From contig CAKQHZ010000001.1 in the NCBI GenBank assembly GCA_934246625.1, forward strand, positions 616,223 to 648,222: a stretch of DNA of 32,000 nucleotides, read 5' to 3'. The notes beneath the pieces were generated by a model that saw nothing but the letters and a program-made list of their open reading frames with translations, did not search any database and had not been told where the DNA came from. This document shows positions 1 through 8,506 of this stretch, in pieces (position 1 is the stretch's first letter; every line of letters starts with the position of its first letter). Made by a program: the position numbers and the translations under genes. The DNA is from an uncultured Alphaproteobacteria bacterium. GTDB taxonomy: Bacteria; Pseudomonadota; Alphaproteobacteria; Rs-D84; CACZYB01.

Positions 1-876
1 ATTGAAAAGAATACTTCAAAGGTTTCTCCTTTCTTTATTCCTGCTTCCCTTATAAACCTTGCTTCTGGTCAAGTTTCAATTAAATATGGATTTAAGGGTC
101 CAAACCATGCAGTTGTTACTGCTTGTGCAACTGGAACCCATGCTATTGGTGATGCCGTAAGAATTATTGCTTTGGGTGATGCTGATGTTATGATTGCTGG
201 TGGTGCGGAAGCTGCTGTAAATCCTATTGGTGTTGCTGGCTTTAGTGCTGCTAAGGCTTTGTGTTCAACATATAATGATGAACCTGAAAAGGCAAGTAGA
301 CCTTGGGATAAAAACCGCGGTGGTTTCGTTATGGCAGAAGGTTCAGGTGTTCTTGTTTTGGAAGAATATGAACATGCAAAGGCTCGTGGTGCAAAAATTT
401 ATGCTGAAGTTATTGGTTATGGTATGAGTGGTGATGCTTATCATATAACTGCTCCTGCTTCTGATGGTAATGGTGGAGAACGTGCTATGCGTGCGGCTCT
501 TAAAAATGCTGGAATTAAACCAGAAGATGTTGACTATATCAATGCTCATGGAACTGCTACAATGGGTGATATGCTTGAATTTGGTGCAGTAAAAAGAGTA
601 TTTGAAAATTGTTTAGATAAGGTTTCAATGTCATCAACAAAGTCTTGTGTTGGACATTTGCTTGGGGCTGCTGGTGCTGTGGAAGCTATATTCTGCACAC
701 TCGCAATTCGTGATCAAATTGTGCCTCCTACAATAAATCTTGATGATCCAGAAGAAGAAACAAAGTGTATGGATTTGGTTCCTCATGTTGCAAAGAAAAG
801 AAAGGTTGATATTGCCCTTTCAAATTCATTTGGTTTCGGTGGAACAAATGCAACAGTTATTTTGAAAAAGATTTAA
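1..876 (+). CDS. fabF: 3-oxoacyl-ACP synthase II (KAS II), 5' end cut by the window edge
   Basis: Frame 1 is open from base 1 ([52 protein letters not shown]...) and continuous with listed ORF 172..876. KAS II hallmarks are present: active-site Cys context [30 protein letters not shown] and C-terminal [13 protein letters not shown]. Confidence 0.93.
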   Translation: MEKNTSKVSPFFIPASLINLASGQVSIKYGFKGPNHAVVTACATGTHAIGDAVRIIALGDADVMIAGGAEAAVNPIGVAGFSAAKALCSTYNDEPEKASRPWDKNRGGFVMAEGSGVLVLEEYEHAKARGAKIYAEVIGYGMSGDAYHITAPASDGNGGERAMRAALKNAGIKPEDVDYINAHGTATMGDMLEFGAVKRVFENCLDKVSMSSTKSCVGHLLGAAGAVEAIFCTLAIRDQIVPPTINLDDPEEETKCMDLVPHVAKKRKVDIALSNSFGFGGTNATVILKKI

Positions 877-898
877 TAAAAGTTTTTTTCGTTTTAAG

Positions 899-920
899 CC
901 TCCCTTTTGGGAGGTTTTTT
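899..920 (+). terminator. Rho-independent terminator after fabF
   Basis: CCTCCC (899-904), loop TTTT, GGGAGG (909-914), then T6 (915-920). Confidence 0.75.
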
Positions 921-971
921 ATTGTAAAAATTTCATATTTTGATATACTGTTTTTGGTCGAGGATTTAATT

Positions 972-1931
972 ATGAAAAAGAATTTCTTTATTGGTGTTTT
1001 TGTTGCTGGGATTGTTTCAATCATTTCCTTTTTTATGTATATTTATTTTTTCCCTGTGAATAAAAAACAAATGGTGGTGGAGCTTTCTACTGGTGATAGA
1101 CTTTCTTTGGTTGCACAAAGATTTTATGATGATGAAATTATCAATTCAAAGTTTTGGTTTAAGGTTTTTATGTATCTTTCTTGGAACCAAAACAATTTGA
1201 AATTTGGTGAGTATGAAATTCCCGCTGGTGCAACACTTAATCAGATAAAAAATATTATTACTAGTGGTCGTATGTATAATAAATTTATTACTATTCCAGA
1301 GGGAATGACCGTGAAACAAATTTATGAAATTTTGGATTCGCGAGAAGATTTGAGTGGAAAAATTTCTGTGAATGTAGAGGAAGGGAGGCTTCTTCCTCAA
1401 ACATACGCATATAACAAAATGATTTCAAAAGATGATGTGATTTTGAAAATGAAAGATGCGATGGATAGGGCTTTGAACGAAGAATGGGAAAAGCGTCAAG
1501 AAGGTCTTCCTTTTAAGGATAAGCGAGAGGCTCTTATCCTTGCATCAATAGTGGAAAAGGAAACTGGGGTGCCAGAAGAACGTGGTTTGGTTGCCTCTGT
1601 TTTTATTAACAGACTTAACAATAATTGGCGACTTCAAAGTGATCCTACGGTTGTTTATACTTTGACGAATAAGTATGGGAATATGATGGGGCGAAAACTT
1701 TATAAAAAGGATTTGGAAAAAGAAACTCCTTATAATACATATAGAATAAAGGGATTGCCAGTTGGGGCGATTTCGAATCCTGGGATTGAAAGTATAAGGG
1801 CTGTGCTTAATCCCCCTAAGACAGATTATTTTTATTTTGTGGCTGATGGAAGTGGTGGACATAAGTTTGCAACTTCACTTGAGGAGCATGAAAAAAATAG
1901 GCAAGAATGGAAAAAAATAAGAGATAATTAA
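972..1931 (+). CDS. mltG: Endolytic murein transglycosylase MltG (YceG-like)
   Basis: N-terminal TM helix (FFIGVFVAGIVSIISFFMYIYFF). YceG motifs are present: LASIVEKETGVPEERGLVASVFINRL, LQSDPTVVY, YNTYRIKGLPVGAISNPG and YFYFVADGSGGHKFA. ATG at 972 with AGGA 8-11 nt upstream is preferred over the listed 954 start. Confidence 0.85.
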   Translation: MKKNFFIGVFVAGIVSIISFFMYIYFFPVNKKQMVVELSTGDRLSLVAQRFYDDEIINSKFWFKVFMYLSWNQNNLKFGEYEIPAGATLNQIKNIITSGRMYNKFITIPEGMTVKQIYEILDSREDLSGKISVNVEEGRLLPQTYAYNKMISKDDVILKMKDAMDRALNEEWEKRQEGLPFKDKREALILASIVEKETGVPEERGLVASVFINRLNNNWRLQSDPTVVYTLTNKYGNMMGRKLYKKDLEKETPYNTYRIKGLPVGAISNPGIESIRAVLNPPKTDYFYFVADGSGGHKFATSLEEHEKNRQEWKKIRDN

Positions 1932-2011
1932 ATTTTTTAAAATTTTTATAAAAAATACTTGACTATATAATTTTTTATAGTATTATTTATTTCCATAAAG
2001 CGTATTGCTTT

Positions 2012-2087
2012 GGGTGTTTAGCTCAGCTGGTAGAGCAACTGACTTTTAATCAGTGGGTCACAGGTTCAAGTCCTGTAACACCCACCA
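2012..2087 (+). tRNA. tRNA-Lys (anticodon UUU), CCA encoded
   Basis: A 76-nt cloverleaf folds by hand: acceptor GGGTGTT/AACACCC, D arm GCTC-AGCTGGTA-GAGC, anticodon arm ACTGA-CTTTTAA-TCAGT, T arm ACAGG-TTCAAGT-CCTGT, discriminator A plus CCA. Confidence 0.9.
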
Positions 2088-2121
2088 AAAATCAAAAGGC
2101 TTCCGAAAGGGAGCTTTTTTT
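2079..2121 (+). repeat. Direct repeat copy 1 (tRNA-Lys 3' end plus terminator), attL-like
   Basis: The sequence cacccaccaaaaatcaaaaggcttccgaaagggagcttttttt overlaps the last 9 nt of the tRNA and recurs at 8185-8226 and 15701-15746. Confidence 0.7.
2094..2121 (+). terminator. Hairpin plus T-run terminator downstream of tRNA-Lys
   Basis: GCTTCC (2099-2104), loop GAAA, GGGAGC (2109-2114) with one G-U pair, then T7 (2115-2121). Confidence 0.6.
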
Positions 2122-2648
2122 ATTTTCCACAACGCTAGGCAGTTTCTAGTCTTTCTGGTCAGTGGCGCATTTAGAAAAATTTCGTACTTTTTCAAAAAAA
2201 TACAATTTTAGAGTCATTTTTCTCTCTATTTTCTATGTTTTTTAGATTCTACTGATCCACTCCTCTAAAACACCTAACTATATGAATTTACGAGTAAAAT
2301 AGTTAGTGGGTCAATAGATTTTTAGAGAAATGTTAAGTATATGATTTTACAATGTTTTATTTTTAGAAAAATCTTAAAATTTGTCAAAAATGATGCGTTT
2401 TTAGGGGATTTTTTTATCCCATTTTTTACATTTTTAGATTCTATTGACCCACTGATATAAAATACCAATATATTTCATTAAAAACGGAGATAGTTGTGAT
2501 TATTCTACATTAGTTCAAAAAAATTTTTTTATTTTCGCTGGAATTAAAACAGACTAATAAAAGTATATTAATTCCAATTTATTTACTTGCTTTTGTTTAT
2601 GGATAAAATTATAATTTTGTATAATTTTAGAATAGCAGGTAAAGTAAT

Positions 2649-3179
2649 ATGTTTATTAAATTAAAAAAATATATAACAGATATTTTGGAATCTATTGAAG
2701 AATATCCATTTTTCTTTTTTTGTTTTTTTCAAATAATTTTTTTTATTTGGTTTTATAAGATACCGTTATTACATAATTATATTTATAAATTAATTACTCC
2801 TAGTGAAATCTACAAGGATATAATAACTACAATAGCATCTTTTGATGGAATATTATACTCTTTATTTTTTACTGAATTTTTGAGTAAATATAAGGAAATT
2901 GGTCAAATATATTCTGATAACAAATATGTTATGAAAAAAATAAAAAAAATAATTTTGAAATTTACTTCACTGGTTTTATTCAATTTTATAGTAGCTTTAT
3001 TTTGTTTACATAAGTTTGATAAAGATTTATTTATTGACGCAAAATATATGTTTATATTATTTTTGAATTTTGCTTTTGTCGTTACTTTTTACTATTTAAA
3101 TTTTGGAAAAATGAATAAAATGTATTCTACTAAATATCTTATTGAAGGTTTAAAGGAGAATATTGATGAATATTTTTAA
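2649..3179 (+). CDS. Hypothetical multi-pass membrane protein (3-4 predicted TM segments)
   Basis: ORF with hydrophobic stretches (YPFFFFCFFQIIFFIWFY, FTSLVLFNFIVALFCL, YMFILFLNFAFVVTFYYL). It overlaps the next gene by 14 nt. No family recognised. Confidence 0.55.
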   Translation: MFIKLKKYITDILESIEEYPFFFFCFFQIIFFIWFYKIPLLHNYIYKLITPSEIYKDIITTIASFDGILYSLFFTEFLSKYKEIGQIYSDNKYVMKKIKKIILKFTSLVLFNFIVALFCLHKFDKDLFIDAKYMFILFLNFAFVVTFYYLNFGKMNKMYSTKYLIEGLKENIDEYF

Positions 3180-5223
3180 AAAGAATTATAATAATTATTA
3201 TGAATATATAGATAATTTATTAAAAATATTTGAAAATTCTGTAAAATATTTTTATACAAGTAAAAATTCTTTGGTAATTACTGATGAAACATTTAAGGAA
3301 ATTTTATCTAAAATAATAGATATATATAAGAAAATTTTAAATAGCCCTAAAAAAGAATTGCATTATAAAGAGACAAAAATTAAAGATGATGTAAATTCGA
3401 ACTTTTATATTCTGTTTAACCAGGATCAGTATATTGAAACTGTTAAGATTTTAAAAACAATATTTGATATATACCAATATTTATGTGATAATAATGATAA
3501 AGATTTAAAAGAAAAAATTCATTATACAATATATGATTTATTACTTTTTTCTTCATCGAAAGAAGATAATCAAGCCGAGGTCAATTATATATTGGACCGA
3601 TTATTTTTATGTATGTTGTCTGATAAAAATACATTAACTATTTATTATAATTTTTACACAATTGTATTCGATAGATTCCGACAAGAAAAATTTAATAATA
3701 TATATTTAACTTCATTTAATAAATATGCTTTAAATATTTTAAAGCACCTATTAGATATAGATAACATGAAAGCTTTTAAATGTGTCGTAGATATTTCAAT
3801 AAATAAATCTATGGATATTTATGATTCATACGGGGAAAATATAGATAAATTAAAAATAAATAAATTTAGAGAATTATTTTTAAAAACTACTTCTTTTGCT
3901 TTATATAAAAAAAATTATGAAGCTTTAGATATTCTATTTAATTTTCATACCCCAAAAGATTACACTGTTTTCTGGGAGAATAAAGATATTTTACCACATT
4001 CTTTAAAAGAAGTTTTTGAATGGGTATATAATAACAATATATGGGTAGAAGAATTAGAAGATCATCATGGTATAGCATCTTATTACGAAAAATTAATATA
4101 TTTATTAATATTAAGAGCTTTATATAATAACAATAATATTAGTAAGGATACTATAAATTTAAGAGATTTAGAAAATATTAATTTTTCAGATTTACATAGA
4201 ATACAAAAATTTAATTTAAAAGCATTAAAAGATTTTCATCCAAATACGAAATATAATGAGAAGGATTTAGAACAATCCGAAAAAGAGGTTCTTTCTGTAG
4301 TTAATGATATATTTAACAATAATAAGTTATTGGATATTATTGGCATAAATGAAGATAATATAGATAAAATTAAAAATGAATTTATTGACGCTTTAAAGAT
4401 AATTTCAAAATTAGCCAATGAAATGGAAATAAATATCATAAAAAAATCACAATGCTCAAATGAAAAAATAAATAATGTAAGAAACGAAATATTTAAAAAT
4501 TATCAAAAAAATAATAATTTATTATCAATATTTAACCAATATAATTTGATTTCAAATGATTATTATAATAATTTTGACACTTCATATATTGGTTATAATG
4601 TAGCCCTTTCTAAAGAAATATTCATTGACAATTATGGGGTTTCATTTGTCGGTATGGAAGCTGATTTTTCAGAAGGAATATATCGAAGAGAGAATTTAAT
4701 AATATTAGATGAAGTCAGGAAAAAAGTTCAGCAAAAATATTTAGAAGATTTGGAAAATGTAATAACTAAAAGTGAAAATAAAGAAGATTTATTTATTATT
4801 TTAAATTATGCTGATTTATTTAATTTAAGATCATTACAAAAAACAATGAATATAACATTAAAGGATAAATATCTATTTTCAGAAGAAGAAAAAAATACAT
4901 ATAAAGAATTTAATCTAAATAATTTTGTTGGTATTTTAATGTGTAATAATATTTCTATTCCTGTCTACTCTTGTTTTATGGGAGACAATAAGTCACAATT
5001 GTTTTTATTATCAAAAAATAGAGAAAAATTTGGAAGTGTCATAGAATATATATATAATGGTGAAGATAAAGAATATTTTGATGAACAAACAAAGTTATTC
5101 TGTAAATTATCAGAATTTGAAGATAAAAAAAGAGTTTTATTACAATTATATAAGAAAATAGATATTAATCTATCTGATAGTTTTGAAGGATATATGATAT
5201 CGTTAAAAGATACAGTATACTAG
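3166..5223 (+). CDS. Large hypothetical protein (685 aa from ATG 3166), no recognisable domain
   Basis: Long uninterrupted ORF in AT-rich DNA. AAGGAG (3153-3158) lies 7 nt upstream of ATG 3166. No P-loop, nuclease or other motif was recognised by eye. Confidence 0.7.
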   Translation: MNIFKKNYNNYYEYIDNLLKIFENSVKYFYTSKNSLVITDETFKEILSKIIDIYKKILNSPKKELHYKETKIKDDVNSNFYILFNQDQYIETVKILKTIFDIYQYLCDNNDKDLKEKIHYTIYDLLLFSSSKEDNQAEVNYILDRLFLCMLSDKNTLTIYYNFYTIVFDRFRQEKFNNIYLTSFNKYALNILKHLLDIDNMKAFKCVVDISINKSMDIYDSYGENIDKLKINKFRELFLKTTSFALYKKNYEALDILFNFHTPKDYTVFWENKDILPHSLKEVFEWVYNNNIWVEELEDHHGIASYYEKLIYLLILRALYNNNNISKDTINLRDLENINFSDLHRIQKFNLKALKDFHPNTKYNEKDLEQSEKEVLSVVNDIFNNNKLLDIIGINEDNIDKIKNEFIDALKIISKLANEMEINIIKKSQCSNEKINNVRNEIFKNYQKNNNLLSIFNQYNLISNDYYNNFDTSYIGYNVALSKEIFIDNYGVSFVGMEADFSEGIYRRENLIILDEVRKKVQQKYLEDLENVITKSENKEDLFIILNYADLFNLRSLQKTMNITLKDKYLFSEEEKNTYKEFNLNNFVGILMCNNISIPVYSCFMGDNKSQLFLLSKNREKFGSVIEYIYNGEDKEYFDEQTKLFCKLSEFEDKKRVLLQLYKKIDINLSDSFEGYMISLKDTVY

Positions 5224-5319
5224 TAGATAACTTATAAATTTAACTAAAATTTTTATATTTGCATAATTTGTATTTCTGATATAGATATATTCTATATATC
5301 AAAAACAAGTGAGGTTGAT

Positions 5320-5415
5320 ATGAAGATGTTCTTTTTGTGGTGTATATTCTTTACAAATTTCCCGCTTTGGTTGTTTTGGTACATTTTTTTACGTAATAAT
5401 AATTCTAAAAAGTAA
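5320..5415 (+). CDS. Candidate 31-aa hydrophobic peptide (MKMFFLWCIFFTNFPLWLFWYIFLRNNNSKK)
   Basis: ATG 5320 is preceded by GTGAGG 5-6 nt upstream, and the stop TAA is at 5413-5415, 8 nt before the next gene. Too short to be in the ORF track, so support is weak. Confidence 0.3.
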   Translation: MKMFFLWCIFFTNFPLWLFWYIFLRNNNSKK

Positions 5416-5423
5416 GATAATTA

Positions 5424-7787
5424 ATGATAAAAAAACACTTATCAGAAATCAAAGAGTTAATGCAAGAATGGGATTATGAAGCTAATAAAGATTTAGATCC
5501 TACAAAACTTACTGTTGGTAGTAAAGAAAACGTTTTATGGAAGTGTTCAAAATGTGGTTATCATTGGCATGCTATGATTAATAGGAGATATAGTAATCAT
5601 ACTGGATGTCCTGCATGTGCAAATAAAGTATTTGCAAAAGGGTATAATGATTTAGAAACAATATATCCAGAAATAGCAAAAGAATGGCACCCAACAATGA
5701 ATGGAAATTTGACTCCAAGTGATGTTAAACCAGCAAGTCTTAATCGTGTATGGTGGTTATGCCCAATTTGTAATAATGCTTACCAAAAAAGAATTATGGA
5801 TAGAGTAAAAAAGGGATCTAAATGTAATAAATGTTGTGATCCTAAAGTAATACAGGGAAAAAATGATATTGCTACAAAATTTCCAGATTTATTAAAGGAA
5901 TGGAATTATGAAAAAAATTATCCATTTTTACCACAAAATTTTTCTTATGGAAGTACAAGAAAATTTTGGTGGAAATGTTCAAAATGTAATTATGAATGGA
6001 TGGCTACAGCTTTAAATAGAAATAATTCAGGTTTTGGATGCCCAGTATGTAAACAATCTTCTGGTGCAATAAAAGGATTAACAGATTTAGGAAAAACACA
6101 TCCTGAACTAGCTAAAGAATGGGATTATGAAAATAATAAAAATCTAACACCAGAACAAGTTAAAGCAGGTTCAGGAAAAAATGTATGGTGGAAATGTCTT
6201 AAATGTCATTGCTCCTATAAAACACAAATAATTGCGAGAGTTAAAGGCAGAGGTTGTCCGAATTGTAAAGATACAGGAGTTGTAGATGGATTTAATGATT
6301 TTCAAACATTATATCCAAATCTTGTAAAAGAATGGCATCCAACAAAGAATACTAAAAAGCCAAATCAAATAAAATCGAAGTCTAAGTATAATGCTTTTTG
6401 GATATGTCCAACATGTGGATTAGTTTGGCAAGCACCTGTGGTAAGTCGAGTTGTCCAAGGGAGAGATTGTCCTGCATGTAATGATACTTCATTAGTTCCT
6501 GGAGTTAATGATTTAGCAACAAAATTTTCTGAAATTGCAAAAGAGTGGCATTCTACTAAAAATGGAGATTTAACTCCAAAAGACGTAAAATATGGAAGTC
6601 GTAAAAAAGTATGGTGGAAATGTTCTGTATGTAGTAAAGAATGGGAAACAACTATTGATAGTCGAACAAGACAATTATCTGGTTGTCCTCGATGTTTAAA
6701 TTCGAAACAAACATCATATCCAGAACAAGCGATTTATTATTATGTTCAACAAATATATCCAGATGCTATTAATAAATATAAAGCTGATTTTTTAGGAAGA
6801 ATGGAACTAGATATTTTTATTCCATCAATTAATTTTGCAATTGAATATGATGGTGAAGCTTGGCATAGAGAAAATAAGCGTTCAATGGAACAAAGAAAAT
6901 ATAAACTTTGTCAAAATAAAGGGATTAAACTTATAAGAATTAGAGAAAAACTTACATCTTTAGGTTGTGAAATTTCTGATGATCAGATAGGTATTGTTAA
7001 ATTAAATGGTAAAAATAGTTTGGAAGAAACAATAAAATATTTAATTAATAAAATTAATTTTACAGGCAAAAATATTCATGTCGATTTAATAAATGATGAA
7101 ATGTTAATTCGTTCATTATGTCATGGGAATCCTAAAGATTCTTTAGAAAAATTATTTCCAGAATTAGTTTGTGAATGGCATCCAACATTGAATAAAGATT
7201 TGAAACCTGAAAATGTATCATGTGGATCTAATCTAAGAGTTTGGTGGCTATGCCCTAAATGTAGCCAATCTTACAAAGCATCTATTAATCATAGAGTAAA
7301 AAGTAAATCAGGTTGTCCGGTATGTTCAAATAGGAAAGTAGCAACTGGAATTAATGATTTATTTACTACAAATCCGGATTTAGCTAATGAGTGGCATCCA
7401 ACAAAAAATGGAAGTTTAACACCTCATGATGTTACATATGGTTCAGGCAAAAAAGTTTGGTGGTTATGTCCTAAATGTAAATATGAATGGTTTCAAAGTG
7501 TAAATAGAAGAACTTCGATGAAATTAGGTTGTCCTTGTTGTACGGGAAAAAAATTAATAGTTGGTAAAAATGATTTAGCAACAGAATGTCCAGAATTAGC
7601 AAAAGAATGGCATCAAACTAAAAATGGAAATTTATCTCCAAAAGATGTAAAAGCAGGAAGTCATTTCCCTGTATGGTGGAAATGTTCTGTATGTGGTAAT
7701 GAATGGAAAACAGATATTAGGTCAAGAGTAAAAGGACGGAAGTGTCCTAATTGTTCTAAAAAACAATTAAAACTAGATTTAAAATAG
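5424..7787 (+). CDS. Multi-zinc-ribbon protein with central PD-(D/E)xK (Vsr/DUF559-like) nuclease-fold domain
   Basis: Nine copies (6 N-terminal, 3 C-terminal) of a ~55-aa unit, EW(H/D/N)xxxNxxLxPxxVxxGSxxxVWWxCxxCxxxWxxxxxxRxxxxxGCPxC (CxxC...CxxC zinc ribbon, DUF4379-like). The central part, YPEQAIYYYVQQIY...MELDIFIPSINFAIEYDGEAWH...KYKLCQNKGIKLIRIRE, resembles the D...ExDG...K core of Vsr/DUF559 endonuclease-like domains. Confidence 0.85.
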   Translation: MIKKHLSEIKELMQEWDYEANKDLDPTKLTVGSKENVLWKCSKCGYHWHAMINRRYSNHTGCPACANKVFAKGYNDLETIYPEIAKEWHPTMNGNLTPSDVKPASLNRVWWLCPICNNAYQKRIMDRVKKGSKCNKCCDPKVIQGKNDIATKFPDLLKEWNYEKNYPFLPQNFSYGSTRKFWWKCSKCNYEWMATALNRNNSGFGCPVCKQSSGAIKGLTDLGKTHPELAKEWDYENNKNLTPEQVKAGSGKNVWWKCLKCHCSYKTQIIARVKGRGCPNCKDTGVVDGFNDFQTLYPNLVKEWHPTKNTKKPNQIKSKSKYNAFWICPTCGLVWQAPVVSRVVQGRDCPACNDTSLVPGVNDLATKFSEIAKEWHSTKNGDLTPKDVKYGSRKKVWWKCSVCSKEWETTIDSRTRQLSGCPRCLNSKQTSYPEQAIYYYVQQIYPDAINKYKADFLGRMELDIFIPSINFAIEYDGEAWHRENKRSMEQRKYKLCQNKGIKLIRIREKLTSLGCEISDDQIGIVKLNGKNSLEETIKYLINKINFTGKNIHVDLINDEMLIRSLCHGNPKDSLEKLFPELVCEWHPTLNKDLKPENVSCGSNLRVWWLCPKCSQSYKASINHRVKSKSGCPVCSNRKVATGINDLFTTNPDLANEWHPTKNGSLTPHDVTYGSGKKVWWLCPKCKYEWFQSVNRRTSMKLGCPCCTGKKLIVGKNDLATECPELAKEWHQTKNGNLSPKDVKAGSHFPVWWKCSVCGNEWKTDIRSRVKGRKCPNCSKKQLKLDLK

Positions 7788-7801
7788 ATTTAGAAATTTT
7801 A

Positions 7802-7835
7802 ACTTCATAGTTTAGGATTATGCAAACTATGAAGT
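7802..7835 (+). terminator. 12-bp perfect hairpin after the zinc-ribbon gene (possible terminator, no T-run)
   Basis: acttcatagttt (7802-7813), 10-nt loop, aaactatgaagt (7824-7835). Confidence 0.4.
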
Positions 7836-7970
7836 ATAAGCAATAATCATATCCAAATTATAGTAACCAAGAACTTCTTTCTATATTTTTTTTAAAGCAT
7901 GATTTACGACAGTTGCAAAATTTGCAGTTATCGAGTTTTCTGCAAATTAGCCATCATTAAAGTGGAAAAC

Positions 7971-7997
7971 TAGTTACGAATGGTATAGGATTAGTAT
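7971..7997 (+). repeat. 27-nt direct repeat, copy A
   Basis: tagttacgaatggtataggattagtat matches 25/27 with 8095-8121. Confidence 0.7.
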
Positions 7998-8094
7998 TCT
8001 CCCAACCAAAATAGAGAATTTTAGAAAATTTGAAAAAAAATGATGAATATGGTAAAACACTAAGAAAACTCTATATTGGAGCAGTTTTCGAGAA

Positions 8095-8121
8095 TAGTTA
8101 TGAATGGTATAGGATTAATAT
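8095..8121 (+). repeat. 27-nt direct repeat, copy B
   Basis: tagttatgaatggtataggattaatat lies about 65 nt upstream of att-like copy 2. Confidence 0.7.
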
Positions 8122-8184
8122 ATAGTCGAAATGGATTGACCGATTTCTGCGGTTTAGAAATTGTTCGGGAATGGATATAAACCC

Positions 8185-8226
8185 CCCACCAAAAATTCAA
8201 AAAGGCTTCCGAAAGGGAGCTTTTTT
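8185..8226 (+). repeat. Direct repeat copy 2 (tRNA-Lys 3' end plus terminator), internal att-like junction
   Basis: Sequence is cccaccaaaaattcaaaaaggcttccgaaagggagctttttt. The stretch aaaaattcaaaaaggcttccgaaagggagctttttt is identical to copy 3. Copy 1 differs by two 1-nt gaps. Confidence 0.7.
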
Positions 8227-8506
8227 CTTTGCCTATAGACCCTAGATTCTTCCTAGTGTAATAATTAGAGATAATCTATAAGTTATTTAGAAATTTCTTT
8301 TTAAGCATTTTCTCTCTATTCTCTATGCTTTATCCGAAGAACGCCTTATGTATTTGAATATACTTAATTTTATAACTGCGGATACAATAGAAAAGTTGTA
8401 GAAAATCTGTGGAGTAGCAAAAAGTATCAAAAAACTAGCTTATGATCTACAGTTTTAAAGGTTTATTTTCCTTGAAAGTAGTTTTTATAGGAGTATAATA
8501 CATCTT

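Noticed and set aside
227-4439. Short alternative-frame or antisense ORFs inside fabF, mltG and the 686-aa gene (227-427, 343-549, 1146-1400, 1545-1862, 4236-4439). Similar ones occur inside later genes (9179-9400, 11970-12161, 21330-21518, 21841-22141, 22330-22704, 23508-23738, 24600-24785, 26278-26466, 26618-26821, 27496-28202, 29431-29972, 30946-31466).
   Set aside because: All are nested within longer ORFs that have clear homology or RBS support. They have low-complexity translations and no independent signals.
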